Assembly: GCA_963702205.1 (NCBI GenBank)
Contig: OY969724.1
Location: 2,720,001-2,784,000, forward strand
DNA from: an uncultured candidate division Zixibacteria bacterium
Lineage (GTDB): Bacteria > Zixibacteria > MSB-5A5 > GN15 > PGXB01
Direction: 5' to 3'
DNA: 64,000 bases
Position 1 is the stretch's first letter; every line of letters starts with the position of its first letter. A program made the translations under genes and the position numbers. The notes below the pieces were generated by a model. That model was not told where the DNA came from and did not search any database. It was given only the letters and a program-made list of their open reading frames with translations. Shown here one piece after another: positions 48,354 through 57,274 of this stretch.

Positions 48354-49892
48354 TCAATCATTAAAATCGATATAGTACTCGATCTTAAGGTCTTCGCCCG
48401 TGGCCCATTTTAGCAGCTCCCGCCAATCATAACGGTCACCATAACGTAGGCAATTCTGAGTCAGATACTGGCGGGTGGCGGGATTATCCATGACTTTGCC
48501 ATTGGTTGTTTTCATATTATGATAAACCTGCCCCGCAACCAGAAGACCGAGCAGTCTGTTATGAGCGTCGACCGGGTGCCTGGCGTCATAGAGAGCCATC
48601 AGGCGGGCTTTCATATCCGGCGGAGCCATATCATAGAATATTTCGTTGTACAAGTCCGAATATAACTTTTCAACATCGTCAACCGAACCGGTATACAGCT
48701 CTTTTTCCAGCATAGCACAAAAGACACGGTACCTGAGCTTGATTAAAAGATAGTACTGATAGAAATCCTGCCAGTTTTTGAGACCTTGATCGGAGGTGCC
48801 AAGATATATCTTAAGAAATTCCGGCTCGAACATGAAGCGGTCAAATACATCGCGAATCGCTTCCGACCAAACCGTCGAAGACGGCTGCCGGAAGAGATAG
48901 TCTTTTTGGTCGATTAGCGAAGCATAAAGGGCCAGCCCCGTGTTTTCAAAAAGACCTTCAAGAGAACCGGGCGATGGATACATGGCAGCTGAAATTCGGA
49001 TATCATCGGGAACGTGAATAATAAAAGTTTTGGTCGGGCCGGTCACTCCGGAATCGGCGAAAAAGTAATAAATCGGCATTTTGTCGATATCGAACCCGGC
49101 TGATTTGCAGGCTTCATGGACGATTCTGTTTTGGTCGTCACGGTCGAGACTTACTGAAATATAATTTCGTAAGCCGGGACGGTACGAAAACAGTCCCGGA
49201 TTTCTCGCTTCCGGCGAATTGGATCGGTTCAGGTGCACCCGGAATGCCGAGTCGGTCTTGAGGAGAAGCTGTTGACACACGGAATCAATAAAGTCCGTGC
49301 TTAAATTTTCAGTTTTCAAAACCAGACTATAGTATGAATTATATCCCAGCCTTTTGGCCGCGATATTTCTTTTGCGAATCAGAGACAACAGCATGTCACC
49401 ATACTTGTCGCCATTGTTTTGTTTTACAAGGTATTCCGCCCGAAGCAAATCGCGCCCGATATCATAAATATAAACGTTGTCTCGCCCCGCCCGGTCGGCC
49501 ATGTGCAACCTCAGATCAAGGGAATCACTTAAGGCCACGACATCCGGATCGGTTTCAACCTGCTCGACAAGAGAGCTGGCATAGATAATGTCCATTTTAC
49601 GCTCCAGGACCTCATCTTTCGACGACAAACGGAAATGCTCGATGCTCTTTGTGATCTGCGGATCGGCCAGGAAATTATCGAGTATTTGTCGATATAGTTT
49701 CAGTGAATCAGATGAAATATCGCCTTTGTATTCCCAGAGCTTTAGCCTGTAGGCCGTTTCGTATTTTTCGAGATTGTTCTCGAAATTGCCGACGAATTCG
49801 TCGGCATTGCCTCCGGTGAATTCAGATTGTTGAGCGCAACCGACACATATCCAGACGGTAACAATAGATAATATTAGAATCTTCGCCTTCAT
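48354..49892 (-). CDS. lipoprotein with M2/M3 gluzincin-like fold lacking HEXXH (probable pseudo-peptidase)
   Basis: Lipobox VGC; RN..AKRLGYNSYY, DIRI, LFENTGLALY in place of HExGH, SEAI, WRELLKWATGEDL. Confidence 0.65.
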   Translation of the reverse strand: MKAKILILSIVTVWICVGCAQQSEFTGGNADEFVGNFENNLEKYETAYRLKLWEYKGDISSDSLKLYRQILDNFLADPQITKSIEHFRLSSKDEVLERKMDIIYASSLVEQVETDPDVVALSDSLDLRLHMADRAGRDNVYIYDIGRDLLRAEYLVKQNNGDKYGDMLLSLIRKRNIAAKRLGYNSYYSLVLKTENLSTDFIDSVCQQLLLKTDSAFRVHLNRSNSPEARNPGLFSYRPGLRNYISVSLDRDDQNRIVHEACKSAGFDIDKMPIYYFFADSGVTGPTKTFIIHVPDDIRISAAMYPSPGSLEGLFENTGLALYASLIDQKDYLFRQPSSTVWSEAIRDVFDRFMFEPEFLKIYLGTSDQGLKNWQDFYQYYLLIKLRYRVFCAMLEKELYTGSVDDVEKLYSDLYNEIFYDMAPPDMKARLMALYDARHPVDAHNRLLGLLVAGQVYHNMKTTNGKVMDNPATRQYLTQNCLRYGDRYDWRELLKWATGEDLKIEYYIDFND

Positions 49893-51292
49893 TAGCTTTC
49901 TCCGGAAACGGCGACCGGTTTTGAAACTTCATCCCTAAAATTGTTCAACAGTTTTGGGTAATTTTCGGCAATTAACTCGAATTTGTCAACCGTCGAGCGA
50001 CCTTTCCCACATCGGGCCAAAATATAGAAAGCCAGCGCCCCGACTCGGTTTGCGAACGGGCCGAAATCATCGCCATTAAGCTCATTGACCGCCTCAATCA
50101 CGAAACCGTCCTCAAGGACACCGCCTTTAACGCCGCATCGGCTGAGATTTTCCACCGTTTCGGCAAACGGCTGGTCGAACCAGATATCCATCTCCGACAA
50201 GCCCCGCATCAGGGTAGTGCCGTCTGATATCGCCGCCATTATCGCAACGAAAGGATAAAACTGCGCAACCGAACGCGAAACACTGTCCGCCAGTTTGCGG
50301 CTTTTGGGCTTGACACCCCTAAAATGTATGTCTCCCAGCGGCCAGCCGGTAATCTGGTCCCGGTTGCTGGTCTGATAATCACAGCCGCACGCCTTAAGAT
50401 ATTGCAGAAATTTGTTAATCGAGCGATTCAGATAGACTAATTGTAAATTGATCTCTTTGCCTTTCAGCACCGCCCAGTTCAGAAAGGCCGAAGTTTCATA
50501 AACGTCGGAGGGCACAGCAAGTTCGCCACCGGAAAGGGCCGTCGACGGCCCCAGCGTTATAAGGCGCGCAAAATCGAGATCGGCCACTTTTTGGCGCTTG
50601 CGGGGATCGTCGGTATCCTGCCGCCACTCAATTTTCGCATCGCGGATTTTTATATCGGCGTTCAGAAAGTTAGCGGTCGCTTCCAACCAGTCATCGGTCT
50701 TATATTCTTCTTCAATTACAATCGAACAGCCCGATGACAGACCGTACATTAAAAGACACGCCTTCTGATACGGCAGCGCACTTTTCAATCTAATTTGAAT
50801 CGGGGCCGGCGTGTTTTGACGGATTATGATAACTCCACGACAAGATGAGCTTTCACCGCAATGAGCCGGATCAAAATGCGATATATCGAGGCTTTCCCTG
50901 TTGAGCATCATCACGAGATTATCGACCGCATCGGGATTGATCTCGCCTTCGTATTCCAAGGTGCATTCTATATTTTCCCCGACCAAAAGGCCTATCGCCA
51001 GCGACAGAGATAAAACGCTCCCTTTGAATTTAAAATTCCGGCCATTTTCACCATCACCGAATTCGGCATAATTAATCACGATGGCGGATTCGTACTTTTC
51101 GACGTCCACCCCAAGCGATGCCAAAAATTTGACGGTGTTATTCGTGTCGTTGCCGCCGTTGTAATGTTTAAGCGTCAATGGCCCTTCAGCCAGTGTCCCC
51201 AAAAACAGAGCCGCCTGCGTTATATTATAATCACCGTCCAGTTCGATTCTTTCGGGCAGGTTCTTTATTGAGTAAATTTCCTGCTTCATCAT
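49892..51292 (-). CDS. EPSP synthase (AroA)-like protein with degenerate active site
   Basis: Colinear with AroA over its full length (DGDYNITQAALFLGTLAEG, VPSD, DGTTLMRGLSEM, YP), but the KS/R, RP, SAQ, KESDR and DHR motifs are all replaced. Confidence 0.75.
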   Translation of the reverse strand: MMKQEIYSIKNLPERIELDGDYNITQAALFLGTLAEGPLTLKHYNGGNDTNNTVKFLASLGVDVEKYESAIVINYAEFGDGENGRNFKFKGSVLSLSLAIGLLVGENIECTLEYEGEINPDAVDNLVMMLNRESLDISHFDPAHCGESSSCRGVIIIRQNTPAPIQIRLKSALPYQKACLLMYGLSSGCSIVIEEEYKTDDWLEATANFLNADIKIRDAKIEWRQDTDDPRKRQKVADLDFARLITLGPSTALSGGELAVPSDVYETSAFLNWAVLKGKEINLQLVYLNRSINKFLQYLKACGCDYQTSNRDQITGWPLGDIHFRGVKPKSRKLADSVSRSVAQFYPFVAIMAAISDGTTLMRGLSEMDIWFDQPFAETVENLSRCGVKGGVLEDGFVIEAVNELNGDDFGPFANRVGALAFYILARCGKGRSTVDKFELIAENYPKLLNNFRDEVSKPVAVSGES

Positions 51293-53101
51293 CTACATCT
51301 CTTCCGGGGCTTCAATGCCGAGCAATTGCAGGCCTTCATTGATGACTATCCTTACCGCCTCGACCAACGCCATACGCGCCACCGTGGCCGTTTCATCGTC
51401 GGAGATGATCTTTATTATTCTGCCTTCATCGTCTTTCATCTGGTATACGGAATTATACGCCGAGGCCACTTCCAGAAGGTAAGAACTGATCATGAACGGC
51501 TCGCACCCGGACGCAGCTTCCTCGACTACTTGAGGAAAACGGTACAGGACGTGCAAAACGCGGTTTTCTTCGGGCTGACTTAAATATTTAAAATCTATGT
51601 CCTGTGATATTTCCCGACCATATTTTCGCAATAGCGAGCAGAGTCGGGCGTGGGTGTACTGCAAGTACGGCCCGGTTTCGCCCTCGAAACTCAGGACGGC
51701 ATCCCAGTCGAAATTGACATCGATATGTTTGCGTGTCGACAAGTCGGCAAATATTACCGCCCCGGTGCCGATCATGCGGGCGGTCCGGTCGATATTTTCA
51801 AGATCAGGGTTTTTCTCGAGTATTATTTTTCGGGCCAGTTCCGCCGCCTTATGAAGCACGTCTTTCAAAATTACAATGTTGCCCTTACGGGTTGACATCG
51901 CCTTTTCGTTGAAGCGAATCCAGCCGAACTGCACGTGCTCCAACCGGTTCGACATTCGTTCGTCTTCGGGTGTTTTTTCAGCTTCTTCCAATAGCTCAAC
52001 CACTTTGAAAACCTGCTGAAAATGTACTCTCTGAGCGGCATTGACGACATACAGCGCCCGATCGAATTTGAATTCGTTCCAACGATAAAATATTCCGGCC
52101 AGGTCGCGGGTTGCATACAGCGTAGCGCCATCGGCTTTGGTCAGAAGACACGGCGGGAGATTGTACTTATCGAGATTTATCACCAGCGCACCATCGGATA
52201 TTTCGGTCAGACCGGCCGCCTTGAGACGTTCGACGGCGGCATCCATTTTGTCGTTATAAAACGATTCACCGGTATGATAATCGAAAGTTATTCCGAGAAT
52301 ATCGTACGTTTTCTGAAATTCTTCGAGCGACAGGTCGACGAATTCCTTCCACAACTCGGCTTCTTCCTGACTGCCGCTTTCGAGCGCTTTGAACGCCTCG
52401 CGCGCTTTATCGGACATATCGGGATTGTTTTCTTCTTCCTTATGAAAACGAACGTACAGCTCGTTGAGCTTTTCGATCGGATCGTCACCGAGCCCTTCGC
52501 CCCCCCACATCCGATAGGCTACGATTAGCTTCCCGAACTGCGTGCCCCAGTCGCCGAGGTGGTTGATCCCGACCGGTGTGTAACCGAGTTTTTTAAACAC
52601 CCGGTACAGACAAGCACCGATCGCGGTCGAACGCAGGTGTCCGACCCCGAACGGCTTGGCGATATTGGGCGAAGAAAAGTCTATGACGATGGTCTTACTT
52701 TGGCCCACATCCGATGAGCCGAAATCTTCTCCTTCGTCCAAAACCTTCTTCAATACGATCTTTGCCAAAGCTTTGGGAGCGAATTTGGAATTATTAAAGC
52801 CGCCCTTTATGCTATACACGAGTGGATATTTTTCTGGATTGGACGCTATAACCGCTTTTTGGCCTTCCAGGAGTTTCTTATTCAATTCGACAGGATTTAC
52901 GCCCCATCGTTTGGCTGTCTCGAAAAGCGGCAAGGCGTAGTCACCCATCGACAGGTCTTTCGGCCTTTCGATCTTTCCGTATAATTTCTCAGCGTCGAAT
53001 TCCGGGTCATCCGGAAATTCCCTAAGACTGTCCTTGAAAACTTCACGGAAGGCCCAAGCCGTCGACTCGGCCACAATGTATTTTAATTCATCTTTTATCA
53101 T
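51293..53101 (-). CDS. argS: arginine--tRNA ligase
   Basis: DFSSPNIAKPFGVGHLRST, HLGDWGTQFG, MSTRKG, GPYLQYTHAR. Confidence 0.97.
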   Translation of the reverse strand: MIKDELKYIVAESTAWAFREVFKDSLREFPDDPEFDAEKLYGKIERPKDLSMGDYALPLFETAKRWGVNPVELNKKLLEGQKAVIASNPEKYPLVYSIKGGFNNSKFAPKALAKIVLKKVLDEGEDFGSSDVGQSKTIVIDFSSPNIAKPFGVGHLRSTAIGACLYRVFKKLGYTPVGINHLGDWGTQFGKLIVAYRMWGGEGLGDDPIEKLNELYVRFHKEEENNPDMSDKAREAFKALESGSQEEAELWKEFVDLSLEEFQKTYDILGITFDYHTGESFYNDKMDAAVERLKAAGLTEISDGALVINLDKYNLPPCLLTKADGATLYATRDLAGIFYRWNEFKFDRALYVVNAAQRVHFQQVFKVVELLEEAEKTPEDERMSNRLEHVQFGWIRFNEKAMSTRKGNIVILKDVLHKAAELARKIILEKNPDLENIDRTARMIGTGAVIFADLSTRKHIDVNFDWDAVLSFEGETGPYLQYTHARLCSLLRKYGREISQDIDFKYLSQPEENRVLHVLYRFPQVVEEAASGCEPFMISSYLLEVASAYNSVYQMKDDEGRIIKIISDDETATVARMALVEAVRIVINEGLQLLGIEAPEEM

Positions 53102-53416
53102 TTATTCCATATTCTCGTTATAAAATTCGATCTTATCACCGTTGAGTGCGATGCTGAACAGGATTTTATCGTGCAGGTTTTTTTCGAGTTCGACTTCGAG
53201 TCCGAACATGATTTGTTTAGCCGTTTGTTCGGGGTCCAGACCGGTCTTTTCGCAAAAACCTCGCACATTAAATACCAGCCCGGACTTCTCCGTGGCCAGT
53301 TCACCGACAAAATCCGCTATGGTCGCGCCGTCGATATTCCTGTCGGGGTATTCTTCCCTCAACAGGTGATGAATCTCCCGCGCGATTTCTTCTTTGTCCA
53401 GTTTGAACTTATTCAT
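53102..53416 (-). CDS. hypothetical protein
   Basis: 104-aa ORF tightly coupled between the MFS gene and argS. Confidence 0.7.
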   Translation of the reverse strand: MNKFKLDKEEIAREIHHLLREEYPDRNIDGATIADFVGELATEKSGLVFNVRGFCEKTGLDPEQTAKQIMFGLEVELEKNLHDKILFSIALNGDKIEFYNENME

Positions 53417-54696
53417 GCTTCAATACCCGCAAAATCTATCGCAAAGCCGGAATCGGTTCTCCGCTCGTAGTTGCGGAAATAAAGATAATATAATAACGAG
53501 GATAATATGTAAAGCACAATAGTAATCATGAACGGCAGCGAATAGCCGTATTTTTCGATAAGCCAGCCTCCCACCGACGCCGAAACCATCCACGAGCCGG
53601 TCCAGGCCAGCATAAGCATCGCATTGACCAGCGCGTGTTCCGATTCGCTTACCACCTCCATACTGAAATTGGTCCCGATCGGCTGTCCGAGATTCATCAG
53701 TGCCCCGCGCACCAGAAAAGCAAAGATGGCGACGCCAAGGTTGCTGGTATAGGCCAGCAGCAACATGAACGGAATCGATGCAAGCTGCGTCCAGACTATG
53801 GTTCGGACCATACCGATTTTACGCACCAGAATCGGCCCGGCCATAATCCCAATCAACATGGTGCTATTGGCCAGGAAATAAAACAAGCCTATTTTGTTTG
53901 GCGGCTGATCGAACTGATCGCGAAAATAAATATTCAGAAACGGAATGATCAGCCCCGCCCCGGTCCCGACAATAAAATATGGGAAGAAAAGCCTGAAATA
54001 CAAACCGGCGTGGCGTTTTAACAGTGTCCGTGTAGTTTCTGTATTACTATTCTCCACTTTAGGATCGGTAGCTTTAATCATCAGAAACGGAATCAAGGCC
54101 AGAAAACCGAGGAAGACCGAAACCGCAAATGTCCACCGGTAGGCCGCAATGGTATCCCCGACCATTGCCTCAAACTGCGGGACCAGCCAGCCGAAAATCA
54201 AAGAGCCGAACATACTGGCAACGAGGGCCACACCGAAAGCGCTGGAAAAAATATACGTGCGCTCTTTGGGTGTCGAGTTGCGCATAAAAAACGGCGCCGC
54301 CGCCACACGGTAAAACGTGGCCGCCATCCCTGACACGAGGACAATCAGAAATAAATAATTATCGACAGGCAGCAGGGTCATAAAAATGACCGCTGCGCCA
54401 TAAAGAATGAGAGTTACAATCAATATTGGTTTCAGGCGAATTTTCCGCAGCAGAAAGGCCGCCGGGATTGTAGCTGCCGCCATTCCGACTGCACCTCCGG
54501 AGAGCATATTGCCGATAAACGACTCGGTCGCCCCCTGCTCTCTTAAATACAGATTGAACAGCAATTGATACGCCGCAAAAGTCAGTCCGGCAAAAAATGA
54601 ACCCCATAAATACAGGCGGGCGTTTCTTGAAAATAATTTAAGGTGCGCCAAATAGTCGGCGGCATGTATTTTTGCTTTTGCACTAAAGGTATTCAT
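53413..54696 (-). CDS. MFS transporter
   Basis: About 12 TM helices in two halves; FNLYL, ERTYIFS, GAGLIIPFLN. Start moved to MNTF. Confidence 0.88.
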   Translation of the reverse strand: MNTFSAKAKIHAADYLAHLKLFSRNARLYLWGSFFAGLTFAAYQLLFNLYLREQGATESFIGNMLSGGAVGMAAATIPAAFLLRKIRLKPILIVTLILYGAAVIFMTLLPVDNYLFLIVLVSGMAATFYRVAAAPFFMRNSTPKERTYIFSSAFGVALVASMFGSLIFGWLVPQFEAMVGDTIAAYRWTFAVSVFLGFLALIPFLMIKATDPKVENSNTETTRTLLKRHAGLYFRLFFPYFIVGTGAGLIIPFLNIYFRDQFDQPPNKIGLFYFLANSTMLIGIMAGPILVRKIGMVRTIVWTQLASIPFMLLLAYTSNLGVAIFAFLVRGALMNLGQPIGTNFSMEVVSESEHALVNAMLMLAWTGSWMVSASVGGWLIEKYGYSLPFMITIVLYILSSLLYYLYFRNYERRTDSGFAIDFAGIEA

Positions 54697-54722
54697 GGAA
54701 ATTAGTCCAGCCGGAGAAAATA

Positions 54723-55574
54723 TTATTTTGCGTCGTAATGATACACACCCCGGCAGACAAACCTCGCGGGACCGGTCAGAAGTAGATGGTCGTCGCGTTC
54801 GTTCCAATCGATAAACAGCGAACCCGATGGAAAGACAATCTCGGTCTGACGCTTAAGTACGCCGCCTATGACCCCGGCCACCGCCGCGGCTGCGGCTCCG
54901 GTGCCCGACGAACCGGTCGCGCCCGCGCCCCGCTCCCAGTCGTTGACAATGGCCTTGCCGGAATTGACGATCTTGACGAATTCCACATTGGTCCGGTTGG
55001 GAAAATCCGGGTGATTTTCGACGTGCTCACCCATAGTCATCCAGTTGAATTCCAGATCATCGACGAATATGACACAGTGGGGATTCCCGACTGCCAGAGC
55101 CGTCACCGGGATGTTCTGACCGAGGATTTTTATCGGCTGGTTGATATGGTATTTGAATTTCGATTTCATCGGGATTTTAGCGGTATCGAAACACGGCTCT
55201 CCGATATCGACCCTTATTTCAGACAGACCTTTGGCGTGGCGAATAATCCGGGCGTTGGAAATCCCTTCGGTATTTTCTATGGAAATGGCTTTGTTTTTGG
55301 TCTTATTCTCTCGCAGATAGGCCGCAACACAGCGCAATCCGTTGCCGGATTTCTCGGCCCAGCTTCCATCGGAGTTGAACAGATCCATGGTGCAGTCGGC
55401 TTTACGGCTGCCGGTCAGGACCAGTATGCCGTCGCCGCCGACGCCGAAATGTCGGTCACACATGGCCGCCGCCAGCGCGTTATAATCCATGGCACCGGTA
55501 TTTTTGCCAATCAGGTCGATGATCAGAAAATCATTGCCCAGCCCGTGATATTTAAAGAATTCTATTTTTTTCAT
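54723..55574 (-). CDS. dapF: diaminopimelate epimerase homologue with Ser in place of both catalytic Cys
   Basis: KYHGLGNDF, DRHFGVGGDG, NSDGS, GNPHCV, FPNRTNVEF, ERGAG; EKSGNG and GSSGTG replace xCGNG and ACGTG. Confidence 0.85.
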   Translation of the reverse strand: MKKIEFFKYHGLGNDFLIIDLIGKNTGAMDYNALAAAMCDRHFGVGGDGILVLTGSRKADCTMDLFNSDGSWAEKSGNGLRCVAAYLRENKTKNKAISIENTEGISNARIIRHAKGLSEIRVDIGEPCFDTAKIPMKSKFKYHINQPIKILGQNIPVTALAVGNPHCVIFVDDLEFNWMTMGEHVENHPDFPNRTNVEFVKIVNSGKAIVNDWERGAGATGSSGTGAAAAAVAGVIGGVLKRQTEIVFPSGSLFIDWNERDDHLLLTGPARFVCRGVYHYDAK

Positions 55575-55620
55575 GAAAGACAAATTAGGTTTTCAAGACG
55601 GGTTGTAAAGAAAATTCAGA

Positions 55621-55917
55621 TTAGTCTGATCTAATTTCCGCCCTGATGAGTTTCACCAGGGCAAATGATAGAATCGAGATGAATATGAAAATATTGGCTC
55701 GAACCATAAATTGATCGATCTGGATAAGCCGCACGTCGACGCCGATAATCGGTGATAATAAAAGCAGAATCGTGCCTATAGTCAGGCCCATCTTGCCAAT
55801 CGTTTTTCTGTAGAACTTCGCCACAATGACGCCAAAACCGAGCCCGGCAATGATTGATAATATAATGCTGGACAAACTATAACCGTGCCAGGATAAAGTC
55901 GAAAAAAACATAATCAA
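55621..55917 (-). CDS. small three-TM membrane protein
   Basis: Hydrophobic 98-aa ORF. Confidence 0.55.
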   Translation of the reverse strand: MIMFFSTLSWHGYSLSSIILSIIAGLGFGVIVAKFYRKTIGKMGLTIGTILLLLSPIIGVDVRLIQIDQFMVRANIFIFISILSFALVKLIRAEIRSD

Positions 55918-55933
55918 TTGCCTTTAATATCCT

Positions 55934-55961
55934 GTCCCGGCAGAAATTATCCTGCCGGGAC
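55934..55961. terminator. hairpin (terminator or REP-like)
   Basis: GTCCCGGCAG-N8-CTGCCGGGAC after the aminotransferase stop; no clear U-tract. Confidence 0.45.
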
Positions 55962-55975
55962 CTTCCCGTATGCTT

Positions 55976-57199
55976 TTACGGCATATTCTTGAGAAAAACC
56001 TTACCCAGTCTTTGAATCGCGATAGTCAATGTATCCAATGTCGCATTCGAGAAATTCAGCCGGAAAGTCCGGTCGCCACGGCCGTCCGGGAAAAACGGAT
56101 GACCGTAAACATACGTAACCTTTTCCTTCACAGCGTCATCGAGCAGCTTCGAAGCCGACATACCCTCGGGAAGCTCGCACCACAGGAACAGTCCGCCTTC
56201 GGGTCGTGTATATGTTACTTCTTCCGGGAAACTGTTTTCGATCTCTTCGATCATTCGGTTACGCTTCTCACCGTAATTTTTGATTAAATTCCGGATGTGA
56301 GCCGGAAGTTTGCCCGATTCGAGATATTTGTGCATCACGAACTGCGCGAACGACCCGGTATGGAGATCGGTCCCCTGCTTAACTTTCTCGAACATGCGGA
56401 TGATCTTGTCCGAGCAGTTCATCCAGCCGATCCTGAATCCCGGCGCGACGATTTTGGAAAATGTTCCCAGTGAAATGACGGCATCGCCGCCGATTGCTTT
56501 CAAAGTCGGCACCGGGTTTCCGGCGAAACGAATTTCACCGTAGGGGTTGTCGTCGATAAGCGGAATATTATGCTTGACAGCGATCTCGACCAGGGCGTGG
56601 CGACGTTCTTCGGACATCGTTATGCCGGTCGGATTCTGGAAGGTCGGCACGCTGTAAATGAATTTTGGTTTGTACCTCAGAATTGCCTTTTCGACCTGGT
56701 CGATCAGCATGCCGTCGTGATCCATATCGATCTGGGCATAACGGCAGTCATAATAATTGAACGCCTGCAGGGCGCCGACATAGGTCGGGCTTTCACAAAC
56801 CACATAATCGCCCGGTTCAAGGAACGCCCTCCCGAGAATATCCAGCCCCTGTTGAGAACCGCTGGTTATCAGAAGATTTTCCGGTTTGGTCGGGATGCCC
56901 AGTTCGGTTTCCCGTTTGGCCAGTGACTCTCTCATTTGCGGTACACCCATGGAAAAAGTGTACTGCATCGAAGTCGACTGGAACTCGTCGATGGCTTTTA
57001 TTGTGGCTTCTTTAATGTCCTCGATCGGAAACATCTCCGGGGCGGGATATCCGCCGGCCAGAGAAATTACACCCGGCTGTGATGAGAACTTGAGAATCTC
57101 GCGGATAATCGAAGTACTCATATTCACGACCTTGTCGGCAAAGAGCCACTTTTCCGGGGCCGCAGTCATTTCTTCCTCCAGGACAGTATTTTTATTCAT
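55976..57199 (-). CDS. PLP-dependent aminotransferase, LysN/ARO8 (2-aminoadipate transaminase-like)
   Basis: SIIREILK, ISLAGGYP, GSQQGLD, FQNPTG, DNPY, TFSKIVAPGFRIGW, PEGGLFLW, RLNFS. Confidence 0.9.
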   Translation of the reverse strand: MNKNTVLEEEMTAAPEKWLFADKVVNMSTSIIREILKFSSQPGVISLAGGYPAPEMFPIEDIKEATIKAIDEFQSTSMQYTFSMGVPQMRESLAKRETELGIPTKPENLLITSGSQQGLDILGRAFLEPGDYVVCESPTYVGALQAFNYYDCRYAQIDMDHDGMLIDQVEKAILRYKPKFIYSVPTFQNPTGITMSEERRHALVEIAVKHNIPLIDDNPYGEIRFAGNPVPTLKAIGGDAVISLGTFSKIVAPGFRIGWMNCSDKIIRMFEKVKQGTDLHTGSFAQFVMHKYLESGKLPAHIRNLIKNYGEKRNRMIEEIENSFPEEVTYTRPEGGLFLWCELPEGMSASKLLDDAVKEKVTYVYGHPFFPDGRGDRTFRLNFSNATLDTLTIAIQRLGKVFLKNMP

Positions 57200-57274
57200 G
57201 AAATTATCCCTTATATTTTGAATTCATCCGTGAGAATTATAATAAAAAGGATAAAAAAGTCAATATAAAGACGG

